Shown here one piece after another: positions 49,369 to 60,193 of a DNA stretch of 64,000 bases. The stretch is from the NCBI GenBank assembly GCA_047404195.1, contig JBDOIU010000012.1, forward strand, positions 50,239-114,238, read 5' to 3'. Under the pieces are notes generated by a model, which worked only from the letters and a program-made list of their open reading frames with translations, was not told the origin of the DNA and ran no database searches. The number at the start of each line of letters is the position of its first letter. Within the stretch, counting starts at the first letter, position 1. The position numbers were made by a program, and so were the translations under genes. The DNA is from Coxiellaceae bacterium. GTDB taxonomy: Bacteria; Pseudomonadota; Gammaproteobacteria; JAJRRL01.

Positions 49369-51477
49369 ATGCGGCGTTTGTTTAAACGATTGAGACGACG
49401 ATTAGAATACATGGATGACTTGCGCGTCGAGCTGATCCGTGAAGCCTACTTATTCGCTGCTGAGGGCCATGATGGCCAAAAACGCCGTACTGGTGAACCT
49501 TATATCACACACCCTGTGGATGTGGCCTGTATTTTAGCGGAATATAAATTAGACCACCTCACCATTATTGCCGCGTTGTTGCATGATACGATAGAAGACA
49601 CCGCCATTTCTAAAGAAGATATTATCAGTCGCTTTGGAGAGACGGCGGCTAATATTGTTGATGGTGTGAGTAAGCTTGAAAAAATTTCTTTTGCATCTCG
49701 TCTGGAGGCGCAAGCTGAAAATTTTCGTAAGATGATTTTGGCGATGACGCAAGACATCCGTGTGATTTTGGTTAAGCTGGCTGACCGTTTACATAATATG
49801 CGCACTTTGGGCGCGTTACATCCACAAAAAAAGCGTCGCATTGCGCGCGAGACCTTAGAAATATTTTCCCCAATCGCAAAGCGTTTGGGAATGCGAGAGA
49901 TGTCAATGGAGCTGGAGGAGTTGTCATTCTCAGCTTTGTATCCAATGCGGCATCGCGTGTTGCAAAATGCCGTGCGGCGGGCGCGAGGCAATCGCAAAAA
50001 AGTGCTGGGCTTAATTGACAAAACATTTCGAGAAGGTTTGCAGGCAGCTCAATTTCCAACATGCGCCATTGAAGGTCGTGAAAAGCACTTATACAGTATT
50101 TACCGTAAAATGGTTCGTAAAAAACTCACATTCAGTGAGATCATGGACGTCTATGCTTTTCGTTTGATTGTCGACAGTGTGGATACATGTTATCGCGTGT
50201 TGGGTTTGGTGCATTGTCTTTTCAAGCCAGTACCTGAGCGTTTTAAAGATTACATAGCGATACCGAAAGCCAATGGCTATCAGTCTTTGCATACGACGTT
50301 GTTTGGTCCGTATGGTTTACCCATTGAGGTTCAGATACGCACGACGGATATGGATCGTTTAGCCAATCAGGGAATTGCCGCGCATTGGTTGTATAAAAAG
50401 TCAGATGAATCTGGGGTGATGTCAGAGCATCGAGCGCAGGCTTGGGTGCAAAACTTACTTGAGATGCAGCGTGATTCAGGTAGCTCGTTGGATTTCATAG
50501 AAAGTGTGAAAATCGATTTATTTCCTGATGAAGTGTATGTGTTTACTCCGCGTGGTGATATCGTTTCATTACCAGCGGGTTCTACACCAATTGACTTAGC
50601 ATATTCAGTGCATACCGATATTGGTAACCATTGTGTTTCTGTACGCATTGACCGGCAAGTTGCATCATTATCAGCGCCATTATCCAATGGTCAAACAGTC
50701 GAAATTGTCACTTCAGAGACAGCGAGACCGAGTCCAGCCTGGTTGGATTTTGTGGTAACAGGTAAAGCGAAGGCGGCCATTAGGCACTACCTCAAAACGC
50801 GCAAACGTCAGGATTCGATTACCCTTGGAAGACAGTTGTTGAAAAAGGCGTTGTCTGCTTTAGGTGTGCCACTACGTAAAGTGGATGATGCACAGATGGC
50901 AGAAGTGTTGCGGCAACTCAATTATACATCCTTGGATGACGTACTTGAAGACATTGGTTTGGGAAATCGTTTGGCTGCCATGGTGGCACAACAGCTGATT
51001 CAAGCGAGTACGCTATCCTCTACAGTAGAGCAAGATGATGCACCGCTCATGATTCAGGGTACAGAGGGTATGGCAATTGAGCTATCAGATTGCTGTCATC
51101 CCATTCCTGGAGATCCACTCATTGGTGTGATTCGAGTTGGGCATGGTATTCGTGTGCACCGTGAATCTTGTCCGGTTTTGTTGCGTTTACGGCGCCATCC
51201 TGAGCGTATGATTCCTTTGCGCTGGGCGCATAATGACGACCAGGACTTTACATCGATCCTGCGTTTGGAATTGGGCAATAAGCAAGGCGTGTTGGCTGAA
51301 GTCATGGCATCAGTGGCGCAGGCACGCACGAATATTGAAAACATAGAAGTGATTGAGCGAACAGCTAATTATGCCATCATTGATTTACAGCTCATGGTGC
51401 AAAGTCGGCAGCATTTAGCGGTTGTGCTGCGTGAATTAAGGGGTTTACGTTCTGTATTGAAAGTGGTGCGCCCTTAG
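49369..51477 (+). CDS. spoT: bifunctional (p)ppGpp synthetase/hydrolase (SpoT-type)
   Basis: Intact HD hydrolase motif (HDTIEDT), RelA/SpoT synthetase domain, TGS and ACT C-terminal domains; AGGAGA RBS 7 nt before ATG 49369. Confidence 0.85.
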   Translation: MRRLFKRLRRRLEYMDDLRVELIREAYLFAAEGHDGQKRRTGEPYITHPVDVACILAEYKLDHLTIIAALLHDTIEDTAISKEDIISRFGETAANIVDGVSKLEKISFASRLEAQAENFRKMILAMTQDIRVILVKLADRLHNMRTLGALHPQKKRRIARETLEIFSPIAKRLGMREMSMELEELSFSALYPMRHRVLQNAVRRARGNRKKVLGLIDKTFREGLQAAQFPTCAIEGREKHLYSIYRKMVRKKLTFSEIMDVYAFRLIVDSVDTCYRVLGLVHCLFKPVPERFKDYIAIPKANGYQSLHTTLFGPYGLPIEVQIRTTDMDRLANQGIAAHWLYKKSDESGVMSEHRAQAWVQNLLEMQRDSGSSLDFIESVKIDLFPDEVYVFTPRGDIVSLPAGSTPIDLAYSVHTDIGNHCVSVRIDRQVASLSAPLSNGQTVEIVTSETARPSPAWLDFVVTGKAKAAIRHYLKTRKRQDSITLGRQLLKKALSALGVPLRKVDDAQMAEVLRQLNYTSLDDVLEDIGLGNRLAAMVAQQLIQASTLSSTVEQDDAPLMIQGTEGMAIELSDCCHPIPGDPLIGVIRVGHGIRVHRESCPVLLRLRRHPERMIPLRWAHNDDQDFTSILRLELGNKQGVLAEVMASVAQARTNIENIEVIERTANYAIIDLQLMVQSRQHLAVVLRELRGLRSVLKVVRP

Positions 51478-51504
51478 TGTGGTGTATGATATCGGAGGCA
51501 TAAG

Positions 51505-53598
51505 GTGTTAGATCAGTACCCGGTGAGTCAATTGCGTGGTGTTGGACCCAAAACCTTGCAGCGTTTACACAAAATCAATATCCACAGTATCTTTGATTTA
51601 TTGTTACATTTGCCGCGTCAATATGAGGACCGCAGTACATGCTATAGCATTGCATCTATTATGCCGGAGCAGTATGCGCGTGTTGAGGCAGAGATTTGTT
51701 CTGCGCGTGTTGTATTTGGTCGTCGGCGTCAATTGGTGTGTGAAATAAAGGATGATACGGGGCATTTGCAGCTGCGTTTTTTTCATTTTAATGCACAGCA
51801 GAAAGCGGCTTTATCGGCCACAGGTGAGCGCATTACTTGTTATGGTCAACTGCGTCGGCAATCAGCTGGCACACGCACGATGATTCACCCAGAATATGCG
51901 ATTGGCGAAGCCGCTTTAGCTAAAGTTTCTACAGAGCGTTTGACACCGATTTATCCGAGCACGACGGGTTTACAGCAGGCCAGTTTTCACCAGCTTATAC
52001 AGCAGGCATTGCATTTTTTGCAGCAAATGCCCGATGCATTGATTGAGATTCTGCCAGAGGCGTTGCGCACACAGCATGAGTTGCCAGCCATACGTGAGGC
52101 ACTGGCGTATGTGCACCAACCACCATTGGATGCTGATTGTGCGCAATTACAGGCTAGGCAGCACCCAATGCAGCAGCGATTGATGCTAGAAGAATTACTG
52201 GCGCATCAGTGGGGTGCTCAGCAAAATCGCACACAGACACCATTGCGGGCGATTGCCTTTGATGTGGGTGTTGGGTCTGCGGGTCGACGGTTGCAAGATC
52301 GTTTGCGTGCGCAATGTCCCTTTACTTTGACTGGCGCACAGGAGCGCGTTATTGCAGAAATTGCTGCCGATTGTCAGCGCTCCCAGCCGATGATGCGTTT
52401 ATTACAGGGCGATGTTGGTTCAGGTAAAACATTGGTGGCAGCGATGTGTGCTTGTTTGGCGGTGGCGCAGGGCGGGCAGGTAGCGGTGATGGTGCCGACA
52501 GAGATACTGGCTCAGCAGCATTATGCGGCTTTTCAAGGTTTTTTAGGTGCTCTGGATGTGCAAGTAGAATCGCTTATGGGCTCACAGAACACGGCTCAGC
52601 GGCGTGAGAGTTTACATGCAATTGCAATGGGCCAGGCGCAGGTAGTGGTGGGCACGCAGGCCTTGTTTCAAGAGGCTGTGACGTTTGCAAACTTATTGCT
52701 GGTGATCACAGACGAGCAGCATCGTTTTGGGGTAAAGCAGCGTTTATCGTTACAGGAAAAGGCGAGGCAAGATACTTGGCCACATCAGTTAATCATGACA
52801 GCAACACCGATTCCACGTTCTTTGTCCATGGTTGCCTTTGCGCATTGTGATCAATCCATTATTGACGAGTTGCCACCTGGTCGACAGCCTATTGTGACTT
52901 CGGTTATTTCAAGCAGTAAAATGGCGCAAGTTGCAGCACGAATTGCTCAGCAGTGTGCTGATGGTGCGCAGTGCTACTGGGTTTGTCCATTGGTTGAGGA
53001 ATCTGAGAGCTTAGCATGCCAGGCAGTGACAGTCCGTTTTGAGGTGCTGCAGGCTTTGTTGCCGCAGTGCCGCGTGGCTTGCTTGCATGGTCAGATGCCA
53101 GCAGCAGATAAAACCGCGGTCATGCAGGCGTTTCATCGCGGTGAAACACAGGTTTTGGTTTCTACAACTGTGATTGAGGTTGGTGTTGACGTGCCCAATG
53201 CCAGTATGATGATCATTGAAGATGCAACTCGCTTTGGTTTGGCGCAATTGCATCAGTTACGGGGGCGCGTTGGGCGAGGCACACGCGCCAGTTACTGTGT
53301 TTTGTTGTACCAAACACCGCTGTCACGCCAGGCGCGGCAGCGTTTGGCCATCATGCGCGAGCATGCAGATGGTTTTGCTATCGCGAATGAGGATCTGAAA
53401 ATGCGCGGGCCAGGGGCGTTATTGGGGCAGGCGCAAGCAGGCTTTGATTGTTTTAGGTTATTACAGCTGCAAGATGAGCTGCGTGTATTGCCATTGGCAC
53501 AGCAATTGTTGGCGGATATGCCAGCGCAACCCTATACAGCACAGCATGCGTTGCTACATGCCTGGACGCGGCAAGCATTGCAATATCTGATGGCTTGA
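51505..53598 (+). CDS. recG: ATP-dependent DNA helicase RecG
   Basis: Wedge domain N-terminus, Walker A GDVGSGKT, DEQHRFG; GTG start with GGAGG RBS. Confidence 0.9.
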   Translation: MLDQYPVSQLRGVGPKTLQRLHKINIHSIFDLLLHLPRQYEDRSTCYSIASIMPEQYARVEAEICSARVVFGRRRQLVCEIKDDTGHLQLRFFHFNAQQKAALSATGERITCYGQLRRQSAGTRTMIHPEYAIGEAALAKVSTERLTPIYPSTTGLQQASFHQLIQQALHFLQQMPDALIEILPEALRTQHELPAIREALAYVHQPPLDADCAQLQARQHPMQQRLMLEELLAHQWGAQQNRTQTPLRAIAFDVGVGSAGRRLQDRLRAQCPFTLTGAQERVIAEIAADCQRSQPMMRLLQGDVGSGKTLVAAMCACLAVAQGGQVAVMVPTEILAQQHYAAFQGFLGALDVQVESLMGSQNTAQRRESLHAIAMGQAQVVVGTQALFQEAVTFANLLLVITDEQHRFGVKQRLSLQEKARQDTWPHQLIMTATPIPRSLSMVAFAHCDQSIIDELPPGRQPIVTSVISSSKMAQVAARIAQQCADGAQCYWVCPLVEESESLACQAVTVRFEVLQALLPQCRVACLHGQMPAADKTAVMQAFHRGETQVLVSTTVIEVGVDVPNASMMIIEDATRFGLAQLHQLRGRVGRGTRASYCVLLYQTPLSRQARQRLAIMREHADGFAIANEDLKMRGPGALLGQAQAGFDCFRLLQLQDELRVLPLAQQLLADMPAQPYTAQHALLHAWTRQALQYLMA

Positions 53599-53990
53599 CA
53601 CATTCATTGTGCCAGTTGAGTCGGCGTTCGAGCGCATGTTATTTTTCAGTGTAATGCTTTGATGATAATCCATTGGCCTAAGTTGGGGATTTATGCAGAA
53701 TATGCGAACAACCCTATACATAAGAGTATATCAGGGCACCATAAACCCCGAAAAGGGGCAAAAACAAGACGTAATCTGCACTTTTTGTGAGACATTGGCC
53801 CTATTTAAATTATTTTCAAAGAAATAATTGCTAATGTCTTGTGGTTTGACTACTATCGAGGTTGAGCAAGAAGGAAATTGCCTCTGGTTTTTTCTTTCTA
53901 ATGTTTTCGGTTGCAAGGGATTGTGATACTCACTTCAATATCTTCACTTGTTTACTGAATTTTTTAACTGATCAAAGAGGGGAAAAACTT

Positions 53991-54746
53991 ATGACAGTAA
54001 AAAAAATAGCGATTGTGACCGCAGTCAGTGTTGCAGCGTTGGGAATGAGTTCATCTTTTGCAGGTGGGCATTACACAGCACCCGTTGCTGATCACTCAGG
54101 CGTTTACGTAGAAGTTAACGCAGCAGCAGCAATGCGTAATGTAGAGGAAAACTCCTCCTTAACAGCGACAGCTGCAACTGCGTCAGCAGGAAACTTTAAA
54201 AATGGTAAGAGTGGATTCTCTTTCGGTGCTGGCTTAGGTTATGCCTTCAGCAAGACTTGGGGCGTAGAAGTTGGGTATCAGTGGCTTCCTAAAACTGATC
54301 TCGACGCAACTGGTTCTTATAGCACAGCATTGAATGCAGCATCATTGAGTGCAGCCGACAAGGTAAATGTTAAGTCATGGATGATGCACATGGCACTTAA
54401 AGCATCTCTCCCTGTCAGTGATAGTGTTTCTGCCTTCAGTAAGTTTGGTGTTGCATGTACTCACAATGATGTGAAGCTAACAGGCACTTCTGCGTCGTCG
54501 TCTGCCTACACTCACTCAAGAGACACATCATACATGAACACATTTTTCGGTGTTGGTTTAGCTTACCATATCGACAGCAACTGGTCAGTATCTCTTGAAT
54601 ATGATCATGCAGCTGGTGGTAAGAAAGTCTCTTCGGCAGCTGGTAAGGTAATGCTAGCCTCTTCGACTGGTACTGAAGCTGGTACACATGTATTCCCAGC
54701 ATACAATGTATTCAAACTGAATGTAGGTTACTTCTTCAACGTATAA
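53991..54746 (+). CDS. outer-membrane beta-barrel protein (OmpA/OmpW-like small porin family; C-terminal ...NVGYFFNV)
   Basis: Signal peptide MTVKKIAIVTAVSVAALGMSSSFA, alternating amphipathic strands, aromatic C-terminus; GAGGGG RBS; long 5-prime leader. Confidence 0.65.
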   Translation: MTVKKIAIVTAVSVAALGMSSSFAGGHYTAPVADHSGVYVEVNAAAAMRNVEENSSLTATAATASAGNFKNGKSGFSFGAGLGYAFSKTWGVEVGYQWLPKTDLDATGSYSTALNAASLSAADKVNVKSWMMHMALKASLPVSDSVSAFSKFGVACTHNDVKLTGTSASSSAYTHSRDTSYMNTFFGVGLAYHIDSNWSVSLEYDHAAGGKKVSSAAGKVMLASSTGTEAGTHVFPAYNVFKLNVGYFFNV

Positions 54747-54764
54747 TTCATTATTATATGTTTG

Positions 54765-54793
54765 AAAAGGCTCCCTTTGGGGGCCTTTTTTTT
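54765..54793 (+). terminator. rho-independent terminator (AAGGCTCCC-TTTG-GGGGGCCTTTTTTTT)
   Basis: GC-rich hairpin plus T8 run directly after OMP gene. Confidence 0.65.
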
Positions 54794-55124
54794 GTCCGTT
54801 TATTTTATAGTATGAGTAAGATGGTGTCATCAGACATATTGAGTTTATTTTAAATTGAAAAATCATGTATTGATATCGATGATGGTGGGTTGTATGGATG
54901 GTAGCGTGGTGTTGTTAGATTTGTTAGTCATGTAATTTAGATTGATGATGTTAAATAGTCGCGTAGATTTATTCCCTATCCAAGTAGATTCAACGTATCA
55001 ATAGATATGCGTCATCACAATACTGGTGCACTCTGCTACTTCAGGTGGTGGTGTTGATCGCTGATGCTTATATTGTCTGTTTGCCAGTCAGTATACGTGT
55101 TGTTGTAAAGCACAACATTCGAAA

Positions 55125-58100
55125 TCAATGGTGATGTGTTTGTTTGTGAAAGATCTTTAACAGGTGCTGTAAGGTACTGAAAGAGTAGAGGACATCAGCG
55201 CCACTGCCTAGCGTGCCTGATTCTGTTTGTACGCTCCAGTGCGGTGATAGCGTATAACGTAGCTGGTAAACAGAATAGTTACTGGATAGACCGCGTGTAT
55301 AGCGCAAGTAAATTTTAGGTGTGATATAGCGACCAACCACAAAAGCCTCTTCATAGGCACCGACGGGTACACCAATGTTAGAGAGTGAGATACCGCGCTT
55401 AACGCCAAACTCACTGAATCCGACCGCTTCCTGGATCAAAATGGCACGTGTTTTCGGGTCAAGGTGTCCAGACTTTTTAGGCAGTTCAGCCAATGCGTGT
55501 AATATGGCAGCGGTATTTAATGATTGGTTGGGGTTTGCGGCGCGTCCAAAGGCAAAATAGGACAAGATGTCATCATTTGATAGCTTAGGATCGTTACTGA
55601 AGGGTAGGATGATTGGATCATTGACAGTACCAGAGAATGTCAAGCCAACCTGCAGGGCTTTGTTTTTCGGCATGCCCATGTTGTGTAGATGCGCGATTGT
55701 GCGTGCAATATTGAAGTCAAATTGTGGATTGTCCAGTGCTTGTCCATCGTAGCGAATGTTGGCCTTTGGATTCAGGCGAAACACAATACCCAACAAGTGA
55801 ATACTACCATTGGCTATGTGTAATTGGCCATTGGCATGAATGGTGCTGTCATCGCCTGTTTTATGTATTTGTAGCTCACCATGAATGGCCGCCTTCATGA
55901 GTTTGGTATCTAAATGAATGCCATCGTTCGAGTGTAGTCGCAGATTCAGTGCCAATTGATCATCTTCACCTGCCTTATCAGGGTCTGTTGAGATGACATT
56001 GATATCTGCAGGTAGGGTAGCTGCATTATGCAATGCGGTGAGTTTGATAATGGCTTTAGGGATATTGACATCCCCCGAGACGCTCAATAGTCCTGGCTTG
56101 TAGGTGAGTTGTACATTGGGTTTGCCGTAGACGACATATTCTGGTTTGTTAATCAGTAAGATATTTTGTCCGGTGATATTGGCTGCCAGGCTCAAGCTGC
56201 GTGGTTTTGCAGTGACCAGATTAATTTGTCCTTTGATTTGTATGGGCTGACCTTGTGTTGTAGCTTGCATTGCTAGCTGTGCCTGGTTACGTTGCAACTG
56301 GATCTTGGCATCAGCGGCTTGTAATTGTCGATCCAATGCTGTTACCAGGATGTGCGCGTTATGCAAGGATAGGTTGCCAGAAAAAACCGGTTCATTCAGA
56401 TTACCTGCAATATCCAATTGTCCTATCAATTGACCTTGCGTGATTGCAAAGCGCGTTTCGTCAATATGCGCTAGAGGTGGTAGGTTGGTTGTATTGATAT
56501 TGAGTTGCGCTGTTAGCGGGCGTTGTAGCCAGCTCAGTTTTGGTGTGCGTATTAGGTTGGATGTGAGGTGTAGTTTACCGGCATTGGCCAGTGTCATATC
56601 GGTATCAAGTTGCCAATTTTCTTCGGTGAGGGTGGATTGTACATGCGTTTTTTTCAGCTGCATGCTGTGTTCCCAGCCTGATCTGCGTAGGCGTCCACCG
56701 ACGATATCAACGCTGCCGGTGGCTTGTAGAGGGTTGCGACTGTACTGTGACAGTTGCAATGTCATGCTGTTATGTGGGCTAGTTAGCAGTAGGCTGGGTA
56801 CGCGTAGATGTGTCCAGTGCGCGATGGGTAGGTTTTGGCCCTGCAAGTTGATTTGCCACTTTGGGCCTTGCCAATGCCAGTGTAAACACAGCTGCTGTTG
56901 TTGGTGTTGCCAGCATTGTTTGGGTTGTGTGATGGCGTTAGCACTGATGTCGATACTGGGATGGCCTTGTAAGAGCCATTGATGCGCTCCCTGCATGAGG
57001 GTGAATGATTGCCAGTGGCCTAACCAGTGATGTTGTTTGTTGGGGCTGGCTGTTAGAGAAAAGGTACCGTGTTGCAGGTCCCAGTGTGGAAAATCACTGT
57101 CAATTTTCCCATCGATTGTCACTTGTTGTGATTGGCCTTGGGCACTGAGCATCAGGTGATGGAATGCTAACTCATAGTGTTCAAATTCGCTGGCCGTGGC
57201 TTTAGCCTGCCGAATATAAAATGGCGCCCAGTGTGCGTTCCATTGCACGGATAATGTTTTGGCAGTGTAATTGGGAGCGTGAAAGTGTGTGGCCGTGAAT
57301 TTGCCGAGGGTATCTTTGCCGTCCCACTGCCCTTGTGAGTCGATTTCACCGCCGGGTAAAGCTGCATTTATTTTATTTAGGTCGGAACCGCGTACATGCC
57401 AGCGAATCGCTGTGTGCTGTCCCCAGTCGCCTGTGCTGTCAATGAGTAACGTATGCGTTTGTGCCGATACTTGGTAGTGTAGTTGTTTTTGCTGTTGGTT
57501 CCAGGTACCTGTTGAGTGTACGCTGGCTTTGGTGATGTCTGGCCAGCTTGGTACAATGAGCGAGAGACGGTTTTGCTGCATATCAGCATCAAGCTGCCAT
57601 TGCCAGCCTTGCCGCCAGTGCAATGCCAATGTTCCACTGATATGCCCACCCAGTAATTGTCCAGGTAAAATGCGTGCTGTCAGGCTGTCACGATTGCCTT
57701 GACCCTGTAATGTCATCAACGATTGACTGTCACTCAGTTTGAGTTGGAAGTTATATTGTTGCGGTGTGCCATTCAGATAGCCTTCGATGTGTTTGAGATT
57801 GCTGATATTCGTCATGGCCTGTAGTTTAAATTGCATGTTCTGTTTTTCAAGGGCGCTGCTAAGCTGTAGTTGTTGCATGACAATGGGTTGTTGGCGTTGT
57901 GGTATACGCAATGTCAGATGTTGGATGGCAGCACGGTCGATGGTTAATTGCGAGGGGAGGGTGAGGTGGCTGCTGGTACTGTCGGACGCTTTGAGTTCGA
58001 TGGTCGCTTTTTCTGCTGAAAAGTCGGCAATGGAAAGGTGTCCTGAAAAAATGTCCCATGGACGCCAGCGACAAGTCAGATTGTCTAAATGTATGTGCTG

Positions 58101-58304
58101 ATGTGCGTTTTCAATATCGAGTGTTTGTGCACGAATAGGTCCGATAACACTGCCCTGCAGTTCACTGCTTTGAATGCGGGTGCCTGTGATGCTGTGGCTG
58201 AGCCCGAATAGGATGGATAAGCCGAGATGTGTTGTTAACAATAGGGTTGCCAAGGCTGTTAAGCCGAGTAAACCTGCGACGAAGCGCCAGAAAAATCGTG
58301 TCAT
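55125..58304 (-). CDS. tamB: translocation and assembly module subunit TamB
   Basis: N-terminal signal-anchor, >1000 aa beta-rich protein, C-terminal DUF490-like end (...RYTLSPHWSVQTESGTLGSGADVLYSFS); start overlaps tamA stop. Confidence 0.8.
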   Translation of the reverse strand: MTRFFWRFVAGLLGLTALATLLLTTHLGLSILFGLSHSITGTRIQSSELQGSVIGPIRAQTLDIENAHQHIHLDNLTCRWRPWDIFSGHLSIADFSAEKATIELKASDSTSSHLTLPSQLTIDRAAIQHLTLRIPQRQQPIVMQQLQLSSALEKQNMQFKLQAMTNISNLKHIEGYLNGTPQQYNFQLKLSDSQSLMTLQGQGNRDSLTARILPGQLLGGHISGTLALHWRQGWQWQLDADMQQNRLSLIVPSWPDITKASVHSTGTWNQQQKQLHYQVSAQTHTLLIDSTGDWGQHTAIRWHVRGSDLNKINAALPGGEIDSQGQWDGKDTLGKFTATHFHAPNYTAKTLSVQWNAHWAPFYIRQAKATASEFEHYELAFHHLMLSAQGQSQQVTIDGKIDSDFPHWDLQHGTFSLTASPNKQHHWLGHWQSFTLMQGAHQWLLQGHPSIDISANAITQPKQCWQHQQQQLCLHWHWQGPKWQINLQGQNLPIAHWTHLRVPSLLLTSPHNSMTLQLSQYSRNPLQATGSVDIVGGRLRRSGWEHSMQLKKTHVQSTLTEENWQLDTDMTLANAGKLHLTSNLIRTPKLSWLQRPLTAQLNINTTNLPPLAHIDETRFAITQGQLIGQLDIAGNLNEPVFSGNLSLHNAHILVTALDRQLQAADAKIQLQRNQAQLAMQATTQGQPIQIKGQINLVTAKPRSLSLAANITGQNILLINKPEYVVYGKPNVQLTYKPGLLSVSGDVNIPKAIIKLTALHNAATLPADINVISTDPDKAGEDDQLALNLRLHSNDGIHLDTKLMKAAIHGELQIHKTGDDSTIHANGQLHIANGSIHLLGIVFRLNPKANIRYDGQALDNPQFDFNIARTIAHLHNMGMPKNKALQVGLTFSGTVNDPIILPFSNDPKLSNDDILSYFAFGRAANPNQSLNTAAILHALAELPKKSGHLDPKTRAILIQEAVGFSEFGVKRGISLSNIGVPVGAYEEAFVVGRYITPKIYLRYTRGLSSNYSVYQLRYTLSPHWSVQTESGTLGSGADVLYSFSTLQHLLKIFHKQTHHH

Positions 58305-60067
58305 AGCATTGAGCCCAAGTTAAATTGAATCATCGTGGCGTGAGTGGCATCGTGTCGGCCAAAGCCAACGCTGATTTCAAGGTGTCCCAATGGACTGTCC
58401 CAGACCAGAGCAGGGCCTATACCAATGTAGGGTTTTTTGTGTAAGATGCTACTGTCACCGACATTACCCACATCACAGAAAGCAGCGAGATACCAGTTTG
58501 GGATCACTTCATGCTGCCACTCGAGATTGGCAATGGCTTTCAGTCTACCAGGGCCGATAGACATGTACCGAAACCCGCGAATGCTCTCACTACCGCCAGC
58601 AAAAAGTTGCAATGTCAGTGGTAAGTTATTTAAGCGCTTGATGTCGGTATAGCCCAATTCGACGCGGCCAAGAATGCGGTTATGTTGCCAAATTTTATGC
58701 AGTATAGCGGCGCGAAAATGGATTTGCCAAAAGCCCGTCTTGGAGAGCAGTGATTTAATGGCGCCACTGGTTTCCAGCATGACGTGGTAGCTGGTGCGTT
58801 GATATTTGCCTCGATTCAAGGCACTGCGCTCAATACGCCAGCGTGCCATCAGTAGGTGGGTTTCTGTTTTTGGAAAGTTAATGGTGCTGCCACTGAGGTT
58901 ATAGTGTTCTTCTAAGGCATTTAAGGAGAGCTGGCTTGTCCAGTGATGCCAGGTGTTTTGGTGTAAAAATTGCAATAATTTCGTTTTTGCCGTACCACTG
59001 ATTTGTTGTAAATGGCTGAGTTGTAGGCGCACAGCATTGAAATCGGTTGGTGGATAAAGGCCAGGCATGTTATAGCTGAGCATGACGGCACTGTTGATGG
59101 CACTGGCGCGCACGTATGCTTTCAGCTGATCGCCATGCCGGTTAAGCTGCCGGAATGTGGCACCAACCGATCCACGTACACCCGTGTCGGTACCATAACC
59201 TGCCCCCAGGGTATAGCTACGAGCCACTGCTGGGGTTAAAATAATGCGCATTGGAATGCGGTGAGTTTTATTGTTTGGTACCGGTATCACACTGACACTG
59301 GAAAAGTTATCAGCACTGATAAAGCCCTGGCGCGTGCGCTCAACCAGGTTTTGATCATAAGCTTGTTGTGCACGGTAGGTCAGAAATCTTTTTAAGTAGG
59401 CGTGCTCATAGACGTTGGTATTGAAATGTGTCTCACCAAAACGGTAGCGTTGGCCAGTATTCAGCTGCAATTGACAGTCGGCTTGTTGTCGCTGTAGATT
59501 TATTTGACAATGGTGTTTGGAAAGATGTGCATCTAAATAGCCGCTGTTTTGCGCTACTTTCAGTAGCAATGCTTTAGCACTGCGGTATTGTTCACTGCTA
59601 AAGACTTGGCCGCTGTGTAAAGGCCACCGTTCGTGTATTTTCTTAATGGCAGCTGCAGGCAGTTGACCGTTAACAGACCAATCCACCTTCGCAAAGTGTA
59701 CTTGCTGTCCCAGTTTAATGTGGTATTGCACGCGCCAGTCATGACCTTGTTTTTGAATCTGTGCCTGAATTTTCACATTGAAATAGCCATAGGGCTTTAA
59801 TGCTTTAAGAATGGTCAGTCTGGCTCTTTTTTCGGCAAATCCTGCTGCCAACTTGCTCTGATATTGCCCAATGCTATTGTTTTTAGCCGTTATACCCAGT
59901 GCCAGTTGGACATTTTTGTTTGTTTTCGTGCCCAAACCGCTGAGTGACACATGCAGACGATAGGCGGAGTGATGTTGATTGGGTGCAGTCAATTTTGCAC
60001 AGACCAATGGGGTGAGCGCGATGAGGCTGAATGAAAGCAGGAGACGACAGCGAATCATGGGGATCAT
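58301..60067 (-). CDS. tamA: translocation and assembly module outer-membrane subunit TamA (Omp85 family)
   Basis: Signal peptide MIRCRLLLSFSLIALTPLVCA, POTRA-like N-terminal region, Omp85-type barrel, operon partner of tamB; start uncertain (60067, 60058 or GTG 60127). Confidence 0.7.
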   Translation of the reverse strand: MIPMIRCRLLLSFSLIALTPLVCAKLTAPNQHHSAYRLHVSLSGLGTKTNKNVQLALGITAKNNSIGQYQSKLAAGFAEKRARLTILKALKPYGYFNVKIQAQIQKQGHDWRVQYHIKLGQQVHFAKVDWSVNGQLPAAAIKKIHERWPLHSGQVFSSEQYRSAKALLLKVAQNSGYLDAHLSKHHCQINLQRQQADCQLQLNTGQRYRFGETHFNTNVYEHAYLKRFLTYRAQQAYDQNLVERTRQGFISADNFSSVSVIPVPNNKTHRIPMRIILTPAVARSYTLGAGYGTDTGVRGSVGATFRQLNRHGDQLKAYVRASAINSAVMLSYNMPGLYPPTDFNAVRLQLSHLQQISGTAKTKLLQFLHQNTWHHWTSQLSLNALEEHYNLSGSTINFPKTETHLLMARWRIERSALNRGKYQRTSYHVMLETSGAIKSLLSKTGFWQIHFRAAILHKIWQHNRILGRVELGYTDIKRLNNLPLTLQLFAGGSESIRGFRYMSIGPGRLKAIANLEWQHEVIPNWYLAAFCDVGNVGDSSILHKKPYIGIGPALVWDSPLGHLEISVGFGRHDATHATMIQFNLGSML

Positions 60068-60193
60068 CAAAATAAAAATGAATGCATAGTTTAAAGCAAT
60101 GTGTACCGAAAAGCCAAGGCTGCTCACAGTTTCTGTTAGAAAAAAGCCACAAGCTTGTTTGCTTAAGTGCTGCTCATGCTTTCCTGTTAATCA

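Noticed and set aside
55095-55124. Hairpin TGTTGT-aaagc-ACAACA after tamB as terminator
   Set aside because: No following U-run on the minus strand.
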